NCBI GenBank assembly: GCA_965248265.1
Contig: CBDFJF010000001.1
Coordinates: 1,856,001 to 1,920,000, forward strand
Source of the DNA: Candidatus Latescibacterota bacterium
GTDB lineage: Bacteria; Latescibacterota; UBA2968; UBA8231
Reading direction: 5' to 3'
DNA: 64,000 nt
Part shown: positions 33,839-43,086 of the stretch, one piece after another
Position numbering within the stretch: position 1 is the stretch's first letter
Layout of the letters: each line of letters opens with the position of its first letter
Translations under genes and position numbers: made by a program
Notes under the pieces: generated by a model
The model's database searches: none
The model's input: only the letters and a program-made list of their open reading frames with translations
What the model was told of the DNA's origin: nothing

Positions 33839-34471
33839 AACGTGGAAACGATCGATGTCGGCTGGGCCCAGGAGTAGCTCAACCTGGGGATTGGCGTCAT
33901 GTCCGACGCCTGAACTGGAACGAGCTGCGTGGATGGCGGCGGCAACGTGGTTGAAGACGACCAGACCGGTGATGTACACGGCATTGCGGTCGGCAGTTTC
34001 TGCGGAATTGCGCAAACCGCGATAGCGCTCGCGCGACGCCGCATCGTCCCACTCCCAGAAGAATGAGGTGGTGTCGGGATACAGTTCAGCTTCGGGGCCA
34101 TCGTCGACTCGGGCGAACTGGTTGTGCTGGTGACGGCTTTCGTAGAAACCCAGATCATCGAAGTACTGTCCGCCCTTGCCATCAGGTCGGGCGCTGGCGT
34201 GCTCGGCTGCGTAGGTCTCGTAATTGACCTGTCGCGAATCAGCCAGCCATTTGAAACCCATATAGCCCCCCCAAAGCGCGAGCTCCGTTGCCATGAAGCG
34301 GGAGCCACTGGTCGTCCTTCCGCTTTGCAACTGCCCCCAACCGGGCACCAGCAACGACAACCAGAATTCGCGGCCGGCAGCCTGCGCCTCTCCGGACGTC
34401 AGCAGAACCGGCAATGCGCACAAGATGACACCCGTCCTGATATGCAACACCGATGTGAGCGACTTCATCAT
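33818..34471 (-). CDS. Exported/membrane hypothetical protein, paralog 2
   Basis: Signal peptide; SLLVPGWGQ; QYFDDLGFY; LVVFNHVAAAIHA; C-terminal Phe. Confidence 0.75.
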   Translation of the reverse strand: MMKSLTSVLHIRTGVILCALPVLLTSGEAQAAGREFWLSLLVPGWGQLQSGRTTSGSRFMATELALWGGYMGFKWLADSRQVNYETYAAEHASARPDGKGGQYFDDLGFYESRHQHNQFARVDDGPEAELYPDTTSFFWEWDDAASRERYRGLRNSAETADRNAVYITGLVVFNHVAAAIHAARSSSGVGHDANPQVELLLGPADIDRFHVTLMKRF

Positions 34472-35511
34472 CAGTAGAAGGGTTTATAGGCCAGTATTAT
34501 AGGAGCGCCTCCCCGCAAACCGTCTCGGGTTGTGAAGGCAAATCGGGTTCTGCCGTCGATGGCCGCGGCCGTTTTGCCTGCCGCGGTGTCGCGAGCAACG
34601 CGCGACGCATCGATCGCGCTGAGGACATGGTTGACCAGAATGAGACCGGAAACCGTCGAGGCCCGCTCAAGCCACTTGTTGCTATCGTCACGGCGACCCT
34701 CGTACGTGAGGCGCTTGTCGGAGTTGAAATGCTCCACCGAATCCACGGCCGAGGGTTGCACGGGACTGCCGTTGGCATCGGTCAGATCGGACCAGCCAGA
34801 GACAAACTGATCGTACTTGCCGATCAGCTCGTAGTACTGCTGGGCCTCGGACTCGGGGCAATCGCCTAGCCCGTCGATGCCGTCATTGACGATGTAAAGG
34901 CTACAGGGAAGGGCATGCGTCAGGGAGGAAAACCGCGAGCGCGAGGAGAGGCGCCAATTGAGATAATCCTGCGGACTCCACTCCTCTCGCGCCGTGGCGC
35001 GGAACTCATCAACGATGTCGTTGCCCTTGCCGTCCCACGTTGACCAAAGGGCCCAACCCAACGCTTCGAGACCGAGAAAAATGGCAGCGCGTTTACGGTT
35101 ACCCGCATAGTACTCACCGGCGCCGGGCAACAGCGCCGACAGAAACAATGCCTTTGCCGGAGACTTGATGGCGGGGTCTCTTGGGACCGAAGACGCCGCG
35201 TCTTCCTCGTCCGAGTCAGCGGCAGTCTGGGTTGTGGCCTCCGTGACATCACCGGCCCCCCCGGTTGGCGCCACGATTGAAAACGGGGCACCGAACAGGC
35301 TCGGCAATGATGAGCGCAGGGGAGCTGGGATTTCCTCATGGTCCGACCCTATGGTTCGTTCGGGCACCATCAGGTGAAACGCCTCCCCCTGGGACTCACT
35401 TTCGGCCAACACTCCGGTGGCAAACGCGATCGAAATCAGGGTCAGTTGCCACAGTGAGCACGGGACGCTCGCCGTGTGACACGGCCTTCTCACCACTCGT
35501 CGATTTGGCAC
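34471..35511 (-). CDS. Exported/membrane hypothetical protein, paralog 1
   Basis: SALLPGAGEYY; QYYELIGKYDQF; ILVNHVLSAIDA; same motif order as the downstream gene. Confidence 0.75.
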   Translation of the reverse strand: MPNRRVVRRPCHTASVPCSLWQLTLISIAFATGVLAESESQGEAFHLMVPERTIGSDHEEIPAPLRSSLPSLFGAPFSIVAPTGGAGDVTEATTQTAADSDEEDAASSVPRDPAIKSPAKALFLSALLPGAGEYYAGNRKRAAIFLGLEALGWALWSTWDGKGNDIVDEFRATAREEWSPQDYLNWRLSSRSRFSSLTHALPCSLYIVNDGIDGLGDCPESEAQQYYELIGKYDQFVSGWSDLTDANGSPVQPSAVDSVEHFNSDKRLTYEGRRDDSNKWLERASTVSGLILVNHVLSAIDASRVARDTAAGKTAAAIDGRTRFAFTTRDGLRGGAPIILAYKPFY

Positions 35512-35535
35512 AGTACCGATCCTTTCAAAGTTGGT

Positions 35536-38500
35536 TTACAGATACCCGAAAAGCATCGTGAAGTAATACTTCCAGGGATTGCGCCCTGCAGGCTCGTCGA
35601 TGCCATACGCGACATCGAATTGGATTCGCGTCGGCATACCGTAGTACGACAGCAGGTCGAAACGAAGTTGCCCTCCAGCGTCGCGCAAGGGAGCCGTCCG
35701 ATCGTAAATGGGATCGGGATCGTCATGGTTGTCATCCCAGGCCTTGCCGACATCAGCGTATAATGCCCCGTAGACCTTGTCTATGTAAAGATGGGCTAAA
35801 CGCTGTCTGATGTCAGAGAACAAGGGCGTTCGCAGGGTGAGGCTGGTCATCGCTGCCTTGCGCCCTTCCAGGCTATAGAAGGAATATCCCTTCATGAAAT
35901 TCAAGCCACCGAGATGGAAGTCGAAAAAATCGTTCACTAGGACGTCGTCATCGACGTTGTCGCTGGTAATCCAACCACCGTAGAACCTGATTCCCAGACT
36001 GGAGTTGTTGGGCAGTCCGACAAACTCCTGCCAATCCAGGGTGAATTGATTGTAGAGCAGGCGCAGGTACTGTTCATCCAGAAAGGATGTGTTGTTCTCG
36101 TCGAATCCCTTGAGGAAATAGTTGAACATCCGGTCATAACGAAAGTAAATGCGTCGTCCTCCGCGCGGATTGATGTCGCGATCTCGCCGCCGGCTGATCG
36201 CTTCCATGCGGTAGGTAGCCGCCAGTCCGAAGCCATGCAGGTAGGTGTACCCGAACGGCTTCTGCTTCTGCTGGTTGAACCCGGGCTGGCCGTCTCGCCG
36301 CGGCACGAAGGCATCCCACTTCAGACTCGCATCATAGCGGTCGTAGGTCGCCGACAGGCGCAACTCGGCACTCTTACCCAGATGTCCGCTCAGTCCTGTG
36401 CTCACCTGGCTCAGGCTGAAGTCCATTCCGGTGATGATGCCGGTGTTCGCCTCGGAGCTGTCCCGTCGTGTCGTGTTCTTCTTTTGATGGAAGAATTCGA
36501 AAAACAGGGTCGGGCGCCATTTTCGGTACTCGTATATGGCAAACAGATCGCGATCGCGGTTGGTCGGAGCGACGGCGGCCCCGATGAAGATGCTCTGCTT
36601 GGACAACACGTCTGAGGCTGCGACGTAGGCCCCAGCTTTGAAGCGTCCCTCGTCGACGATCAACCGCGGTATGATCATGGTTCGGAGAAAATCCACTCCG
36701 TATGGCTGGCTCTCTCCTTCGACCTCCCTGAGCGGCCAAGGGGAAGCCAGCTTCGACGGAACCACGGGGGCATGCTCAGCCGGCGACAACGAGCCGGTTG
36801 CCTCTTCAGATTCAGTTTGCGTAGCCGCGTTCCCGCCGATCGACCTGATTTGATAGCCGTCTCTGCCGTACGAAGAGAATGCGATATCACCGTTTGCCCG
36901 GACAGTTGGATTCAGTGCCCCACCGACCACATTGGTCAGCCGCGTCGTTTGCCTGGTGGCCACATCGATAGCGTAGAGATTGAAAATCCCCGATTGATCT
37001 GAGGAAAACACAACCTTGCTCCCGTCAACGCTCCAGACGGGATCCCGGTCTGTGCCCTCGGTCGCCACCAGGTATTCGAAGTCGGCCGCCGAGTACCTGG
37101 CTGGTGCGGCGGCGTCCGCAGTATCAATGTCGAGCAAGGCAATGTCCCGCTGTCCTCCTGATGAAACGGAAAGGACCAGCTTGGTCCCGTCGGGCGACCA
37201 TCGCGGTGTGTAGAGCTGCGTACCATCGACGAAGTCGGTCAGGTAGCGGATGTCGCTGCCGTCCATCTTCATCAACCCAAGATTGTTGGTGCTCCCCTGA
37301 TTGCGGACGAAAGCGATATGCTTCCCGTCTGGTGAGTGGGCTGGGTACAACGCGCGGACGCCGCTGGTGAGACGCCGCACGCGAGGCGATTCCGGCGCGT
37401 AGCCGCTTACCATGCTCGCCGGCGTCCACATGATTTTGGAAGCCAGCCCGCGGTCCGCGGCCGCGAAGGAGTACTCGAACAGATCGGCCTGTCGCGAACC
37501 ATACTTGTCGGCGCGCCTTTTTTGAACGTAAACAAGGTGCTCGCCATCGGCGGACCAGGAGATGGAAGAGACAACACCCGGCTGGATAAACTCATCCTCC
37601 CCCTCATCATCCCCTTCCAGATCGCGAACGACCAAGGCGTGCGGACCGTAGTCACCCTTTCCGGTAGTCAAGTACGCGAGTCGCTTGCCGTCAGGCGAAT
37701 AGGCGGGATGAATGTTGGAAAAGCCTTCCTCGGTGACTGCCTCACCCTCGATCAGCGTGCCCAACGCTTCCACCTGAGCCCGGTAGGTCTGCGACATGGC
37801 CGAGCGCCATGCATCGTGCAACTCCTCTGTCGAGAGTCCCAGCACCTTGTCGATGGCCGAATCGATCTCCATGGCATGCCAGCTGGAGACCTCCTCACAC
37901 AAGTCGGCCAACGCCTGATCGCCGTACTCGGTGGCGATATAGCGGACCAGGCCGTAACCGTGGTCGTAGACGAACTCGTTGCCGAATCCGCGCTTGCTGA
38001 ACACTCCCATGTCGTCGAATGACAGCAATTGATCATTGAGTACGGCCGTGCGCAGTGCCATGTCCCGGTGCGAGTCCCAACGGTCGTGGCGGGCTTCAGC
38101 GACCTGGTACTGGGCCACCCCCTCGGCAAACCACATCGGCACTACCGTCATCATAATCGGGTAGGAAACGAGCACGTCGGGGTAGCCGATGAGGATATCG
38201 GGACGATTGCTCTCGCGCTGGTAGGCCAGCCATTGCACAAAGGCGGCCGGCACCCGATCCGGCCCCTTGCGGGCAGCACCCAGGGAAATCATGTGAGTGA
38301 ACTCGTGGGTGACGACGTTGCCGAGCCAGTCGGTCGTGCCCCGCATGTCGAAATCGTGATCCAGCGGCGTCGTCCAGATCTCCATCGTGTCCAGATAGAA
38401 GAACGCGGCGCCGTTGGCGTAGTCGTCGTAGTCCTTGAGGATGATGCGAATCTTGTCTGTCGGTTCGTAGCGGTAGAGCTCAGTGACGGGCTGGTAGGCG

Positions 38501-38715
38501 GCCTCAGCAACCTTCGCGGTGTAACGTGCAGCGTGTTCCAGGCCCTGGTGAAATTGTACCCTGAAGTGGTCGGTTTCAAAAACCCGCCAGTCGAGTTCGG
38601 GATGATTCTGGGCTACCGCTGGTAACCCGGCCGTTACCAGTAAGGCGGCCGCCATCTTCAGTAGCGACTGCCGTCCCCTGTTGCCGCCTTCAATGTATCT
38701 GGGAGATTTGTCCAT
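35536..38715 (-). CDS. Metallopeptidase (HExxH) + PD40/TolB propeller + C-terminal Omp85-like beta-barrel protein
   Basis: HEFTH...WFAEGVA; repeated PxxSPDG/WSxDG; C-terminal strands RDINPRGG, LKGF, MKGYSFYSL, YFTMLFGYL. Confidence 0.72.
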   Translation of the reverse strand: MDKSPRYIEGGNRGRQSLLKMAAALLVTAGLPAVAQNHPELDWRVFETDHFRVQFHQGLEHAARYTAKVAEAAYQPVTELYRYEPTDKIRIILKDYDDYANGAAFFYLDTMEIWTTPLDHDFDMRGTTDWLGNVVTHEFTHMISLGAARKGPDRVPAAFVQWLAYQRESNRPDILIGYPDVLVSYPIMMTVVPMWFAEGVAQYQVAEARHDRWDSHRDMALRTAVLNDQLLSFDDMGVFSKRGFGNEFVYDHGYGLVRYIATEYGDQALADLCEEVSSWHAMEIDSAIDKVLGLSTEELHDAWRSAMSQTYRAQVEALGTLIEGEAVTEEGFSNIHPAYSPDGKRLAYLTTGKGDYGPHALVVRDLEGDDEGEDEFIQPGVVSSISWSADGEHLVYVQKRRADKYGSRQADLFEYSFAAADRGLASKIMWTPASMVSGYAPESPRVRRLTSGVRALYPAHSPDGKHIAFVRNQGSTNNLGLMKMDGSDIRYLTDFVDGTQLYTPRWSPDGTKLVLSVSSGGQRDIALLDIDTADAAAPARYSAADFEYLVATEGTDRDPVWSVDGSKVVFSSDQSGIFNLYAIDVATRQTTRLTNVVGGALNPTVRANGDIAFSSYGRDGYQIRSIGGNAATQTESEEATGSLSPAEHAPVVPSKLASPWPLREVEGESQPYGVDFLRTMIIPRLIVDEGRFKAGAYVAASDVLSKQSIFIGAAVAPTNRDRDLFAIYEYRKWRPTLFFEFFHQKKNTTRRDSSEANTGIITGMDFSLSQVSTGLSGHLGKSAELRLSATYDRYDASLKWDAFVPRRDGQPGFNQQKQKPFGYTYLHGFGLAATYRMEAISRRRDRDINPRGGRRIYFRYDRMFNYFLKGFDENNTSFLDEQYLRLLYNQFTLDWQEFVGLPNNSSLGIRFYGGWITSDNVDDDVLVNDFFDFHLGGLNFMKGYSFYSLEGRKAAMTSLTLRTPLFSDIRQRLAHLYIDKVYGALYADVGKAWDDNHDDPDPIYDRTAPLRDAGGQLRFDLLSYYGMPTRIQFDVAYGIDEPAGRNPWKYYFTMLFGYL

Positions 38716-38731
38716 TGGCGCAGACTCTACT

Positions 38732-41700
38732 TTACCGACTCACGGCCATGCGTACAATCACGTGCTGCTGCTCCGACGCGGTACGGGCCTCCAGTCGACA
38801 AATGTATAATCCACTTGCGTAGTCGGCCGTCGACCATTGAATCTCGTTCTCAGCCGGGACTGTGAAGCTGCTGGCGTCAAAGGAAAGGCGGTCGACCCGC
38901 TCACCGATGGCATCGAAAACCTCGAGTTGCACCGTCGCCACCGCGCTGAGGAAGAAGCGCAGGTGCGCGATGCTCTCGCCGTCGACCGGATTGGGATAGC
39001 AGTAAGCGCGTGAGGATGGCAACAGGTGTGTATCAGGTGTGGGTACGGGTGCTGCCTGCCGCCGTCTGTGCGAGTAGCTGCCTGAGGCATCGAAGCCATC
39101 CTGACCCCAACCCACGTCGACTCCTCGATAGCCTGCCATCAGACGAACTGGATCCCACGCGTAGAGTCTTTCCTGCGTGAGCCCGACAATCTTCACTCCC
39201 ACGGATCCCTCCAGATCGGCCAAAACAGGCGAAAAAGCTATCGGCGTCTCTGTCAGCAATGGAAACCCCGGCAGGAAGACACCATCGTCGTCAAAGCCGC
39301 TGACCCCGGTCGGCCCGCCGGCCAGAATCTCCTGTCGTCCATCCCCGTCCAGATCCACCATGACCGGTGACAGCGTGAAGTCGCCAGCCTCATGATGCAT
39401 GGGAGCGGCACTCGGAAAACCGGATTGGTTGAGACCGCTGGAAGCCCGTATCGCGTGGACGGTCCTGCCCGCCACGGCGATAACCTCCAGAAAACCGTCG
39501 CCATCCACGTCGGCCAGTGATGGGCTGGGAATCATTTCGTCTACTCCAGCGGAAAGCTGCTGGGGTAACTGGGTGATTTCAATCCCGCCGTCCGGGTCAA
39601 TTGCAGTGACGTGAAAACTACCACCGTGAGAGAGGGTGATGAGTTCGTCGCGGCCATCGCCGTCGAGATCACCGGAAACCGGTTGCAACCAGCCTTCGTC
39701 ATCCTGCCATAGCGAGACCGGATCGGTCGCCGCTACCACCCATCCCTGTTCCCCGCCAGGAGAAGCTGCGATCAGCTCCCTGGAACCATCGCCATCCAGG
39801 TCGGCCGTGTTGAGGGTGGAAACGGCTTGCGGCCATTGTTGCAATAGGTCCCCGTTGGCGGCGTCGATGGCGATTGTCCCCTCAGAGCCGGCGACCACCA
39901 ATGCGGCGGATCCGGGCCACAGCTGCAGCTGCTCGGAATAGAGTGCAGCGGTGATCGACTCCGCGCGCTCTATGGACCACACCCCATCCCCGTTGACAGA
40001 CCAGGCTTGAATGCTCTGATCGGTCGACAAAAACAATCTTTCTCCATCAGGCGCCGCGGCCAGAAAGACGGCATCTGGCTGATCCCAGATCCCGCCCCCG
40101 TTCCCCGTCAGCAAACGCACTCCCTCGTCGTCCTCGACCAACAAAAGGTCACCTCCGGCGCCGTCTGCGATGGTCAGCGTCTGCACACGCCGTCCTCCAG
40201 CGACTGCCAGCGGCCATCCGGGAAGGCTTCGAGAGAACGTGATCTGAACTCTCATGGTGTCACTGAGCTCGGAAAGAACCTCGATCTCCACTCCGGAAAC
40301 GAGTCCCGTGTTGGTCACAGTTGCAGGCTCCGTGCCTGAGCCAAATAGCGTTGACCCCTGATCACCCGTGGGCGCCTGACCGGCGAAAAAAGGATCCTCC
40401 TGGGTACCTTCTGTGAACTCCTGAAGGGTGAAGAAAACGTTGCCGATGTGGCGATAACCATCCGCCTCCTCGAGTGCGATACCCGGACGAACCCGGTCGT
40501 TGTTGATTCCGCCAGCCAGCTTCCCTGTCGCTATGGCCTCATCATCCACGTGCCAGACAAGGATCCCAGAACCCGGCACGAAGGCGTCGTATTCGTTCAC
40601 TCCGAGCCAAACGCCAGCACCAGTTCCAGCCAGTTCGGTGCGATCCCCGGCCTCCTGCCCAGAAAGAGTGGTTGAGAATTCGATTTCAGATTGGTCCAAC
40701 CACAAAGGATCGTCCTCGCCGAAGGGGAGCGGTACCCCATCAGGCAGCTCGCTACGGCCTCGCTGTTGACGGTTCTCCAGCAGGAAGTACTCGCTCGGCG
40801 AAATGGGAATCACGACTGCCCTGGCAACGGCCTCGGAGTCTTCTGTCGGTGACAACGGTCTGTCCGTCGCCACCACCGCCACCACCGTGTCGCGCCTCAC
40901 GATCAGAGGATCGATCCAGCCCAGCCGGATCTTGCTCCAGGCCATTGGATGCGGTGGAACGAACCCGAACCCCGCTTCCAACTCGTCCTGGATGCGGACG
41001 AATCCCAAACGCGTGGCGCCCACGTCCATCAAGCTCCAACCTCCCAGTCCGGGAACACCGACTGCCGTGTTGGATAGGCTCAGGAGACCGAGTTGAAAGC
41101 CGAAAAACTTGGCCAGCAGACCGTTCAGGCCAGCACGTCCCCGGACATTCACTGCCTCCGGCAGGATCCAGGCATCCGGGAGCTCAAAGGTGCCTCCGTC
41201 CGCCGTAACGGGGTCCCCAGCCGATGCCAGATCCTCTGGGTCCAGGAAGACCGAGCGAATGTCGTTCAGTTCGCCGGTTTCATGGCCGAGGCCTGCGTGA
41301 AGAAACAGGAAGCTGTTGTAGTCGGAAAACACGACGTCATCGTCGGCGGCCTCGACCGCATCCTTGAGCAGGCTGACCCACTTTTCATCGATCTGCTCAG
41401 GCGTCCGGCCATTTCCGTAAATGAGCGCGCGCTGGGGCATGGTATAGACCGAGTCGGGATCCTCGGGCAGTATCGTGTATTCGATGTTGACACGGCCATC
41501 GGATACTGCCCGGTAGTACCGCGCCAGGGCGTCGAGATGGTGACTGAAGTAGATCCCGTCGTGAGGAGGGGTATCGTACGGCAGGTTGTAGTCGTCTATG
41601 GCCTCGCCAAGCGACCGCGTATCGAAGGTACCATCGCCGGAGGTGGTCAGTTCATCCGGGTCTTCGAGCGGAAACTCCACCCGGATAGCCAGGATCTTCC

Positions 41701-41860
41701 AATCCCGACCGTCCCTGACAACCTCCTGCGGCGCCTGGGTAGACTTCGAAGTAGACGAGGGTTCAGCGGTAGTGCTGGCTGCCGCCGATGCCCTCGGTAC
41801 AGCCGACAAGGGCGCGGTGGCCCCGAGCACGGCGGTTAGTAGAAGATAGAAGGATCTCAG
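38732..41860 (-). CDS. Immune-inhibitor-A (M6)-like domain + FG-GAP repeats + T9SS type A CTD; zinc motif degenerate; start uncertain (GTG 41830 or CTG 41860)
   Basis: ILAIRVEF, HAGLG, GGWSLMDVG, AWSKIRLGW, EYFLLENRQ, GILVWHVD; DLDGDG repeats; YCYPNP...ASGLYICRL. Confidence 0.75.
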   Translation of the reverse strand: MRSFYLLLTAVLGATAPLSAVPRASAAASTTAEPSSTSKSTQAPQEVVRDGRDWKILAIRVEFPLEDPDELTTSGDGTFDTRSLGEAIDDYNLPYDTPPHDGIYFSHHLDALARYYRAVSDGRVNIEYTILPEDPDSVYTMPQRALIYGNGRTPEQIDEKWVSLLKDAVEAADDDVVFSDYNSFLFLHAGLGHETGELNDIRSVFLDPEDLASAGDPVTADGGTFELPDAWILPEAVNVRGRAGLNGLLAKFFGFQLGLLSLSNTAVGVPGLGGWSLMDVGATRLGFVRIQDELEAGFGFVPPHPMAWSKIRLGWIDPLIVRRDTVVAVVATDRPLSPTEDSEAVARAVVIPISPSEYFLLENRQQRGRSELPDGVPLPFGEDDPLWLDQSEIEFSTTLSGQEAGDRTELAGTGAGVWLGVNEYDAFVPGSGILVWHVDDEAIATGKLAGGINNDRVRPGIALEEADGYRHIGNVFFTLQEFTEGTQEDPFFAGQAPTGDQGSTLFGSGTEPATVTNTGLVSGVEIEVLSELSDTMRVQITFSRSLPGWPLAVAGGRRVQTLTIADGAGGDLLLVEDDEGVRLLTGNGGGIWDQPDAVFLAAAPDGERLFLSTDQSIQAWSVNGDGVWSIERAESITAALYSEQLQLWPGSAALVVAGSEGTIAIDAANGDLLQQWPQAVSTLNTADLDGDGSRELIAASPGGEQGWVVAATDPVSLWQDDEGWLQPVSGDLDGDGRDELITLSHGGSFHVTAIDPDGGIEITQLPQQLSAGVDEMIPSPSLADVDGDGFLEVIAVAGRTVHAIRASSGLNQSGFPSAAPMHHEAGDFTLSPVMVDLDGDGRQEILAGGPTGVSGFDDDGVFLPGFPLLTETPIAFSPVLADLEGSVGVKIVGLTQERLYAWDPVRLMAGYRGVDVGWGQDGFDASGSYSHRRRQAAPVPTPDTHLLPSSRAYCYPNPVDGESIAHLRFFLSAVATVQLEVFDAIGERVDRLSFDASSFTVPAENEIQWSTADYASGLYICRLEARTASEQQHVIVRMAVSR

Positions 41861-41897
41861 AGAAGAAAGGGCTCTGGTGTCGTCGGTCGCAGTTGAA

Positions 41898-42950
41898 TCA
41901 GAACGTCAGATTGATGGAGAAGCGAGTGTTGTCCTGAAGCGGAGTGTCCTCGCCGGTTATGTAGGCGACATCCACCTGGAACACGTTGTACTTGAGGCCG
42001 ACGCCGAATGTCGGTGTTTCCAATTCGCCGTCACGGTCCATCGAATAACCGGCACGCAGAGCGAGGAACGAGAGGTCCTTGACATCCGACAACCCATACC
42101 GGTACTCACCGCCCACGTGTAGATCCATCTCCCTGAACTCGTCGCTCATGGATTCATCCGTCCACGCCTTGAGTAGGTTGCTGGCGAATGAGCCGTCGGC
42201 TATCAACGGCTTGTACAAATCCAACGACAACAACAGTGCATGGTACTCCGTTTCCATGGCCTCGTAGGCTGCCCCGATCACGATGTGCTGCGGCAGCGGA
42301 TCGGCCTGACTGGCGTCGATGTAGGAGATCTTGGGACCCAGATTCCGCAATGCGCCGCCGAACGTCAGATTGGGCGTAAAGTGCCACAATATGCCGAGAT
42401 CAGTGGCGAAGCTGTTGCCGACGCCACTGCCCTGCTCCAATCCGGCACCCTGATCGGCCAGGTTGCTGCGGATGAACTTGATGGCGATGCCGGCAGCCAT
42501 ATTGTCGGATATGTGTGAGCCGTAGGCAGCGGATATCGCCAGGTCGTAGCTGCTGAACGTTCCCCGTCCTATGCCCCGCTCGTCTGTCCGATTCTGTTCA
42601 CCGAGATCCAGCAAAGTACCGCTGATCCCGATGTTGCCCCCCCAGTTGGGTACCGGCTGCGAGTACGCGAGAAATTCGTAAGACAGGTCATCCGCCAGGT
42701 TGGGCAGCCATTTCTGGTGAGTGAAATTCAGCTGGCGCCGTGGTTGTCCCGCCAGAGCCGCCGGGTTGAAGTAGCTGGCGGTCGCGTCGTCAGCTATGGC
42801 CACGTAGGATTCACCCATGCCGCTGGCACGAGCTCCGGGTTCAATTAGGAGAAACAACACCCCGGCGCGGCTTTCTGGTGTAGCTGCGGCCCGACTGGCG
42901 GCCCCACTGATGCAGATGCCTGCCAGAAGAAGGGTAAACAGCGTTCTCAT
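41898..42950 (-). CDS. porV: PorV-family outer-membrane CTD shuttle
   Basis: FLLIEPGARASGMGE...DDATASYFNPAAL, KWLPNLADDL, NLGPKISY, LRAGY, NTRFSINLTF; directly downstream of porU. Confidence 0.88.
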   Translation of the reverse strand: MRTLFTLLLAGICISGAASRAAATPESRAGVLFLLIEPGARASGMGESYVAIADDATASYFNPAALAGQPRRQLNFTHQKWLPNLADDLSYEFLAYSQPVPNWGGNIGISGTLLDLGEQNRTDERGIGRGTFSSYDLAISAAYGSHISDNMAAGIAIKFIRSNLADQGAGLEQGSGVGNSFATDLGILWHFTPNLTFGGALRNLGPKISYIDASQADPLPQHIVIGAAYEAMETEYHALLLSLDLYKPLIADGSFASNLLKAWTDESMSDEFREMDLHVGGEYRYGLSDVKDLSFLALRAGYSMDRDGELETPTFGVGLKYNVFQVDVAYITGEDTPLQDNTRFSINLTF

Positions 42951-43015
42951 TTCAGATGCCTCCTATCGATTTCAATTCCTAACTATCGGTGATGCCATGA
43001 TCAGGGCTGTGTCAG

Positions 43016-43086
43016 AGGTCACGGTTTCTTGACCTCCGGTCACGCTTTTTGTGACCTCCCGTCACGGTTTCTTGACCTCCAGTCAC
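43016..43086. repeat. 21-22 bp palindromic tandem repeat (GTCACGGTTTCTTGACCTCC) adjoining the porU stop
   Basis: GTCAC at 43018, 43039, 43061, 43082; the last contains the porU TGA. Confidence 0.85.
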
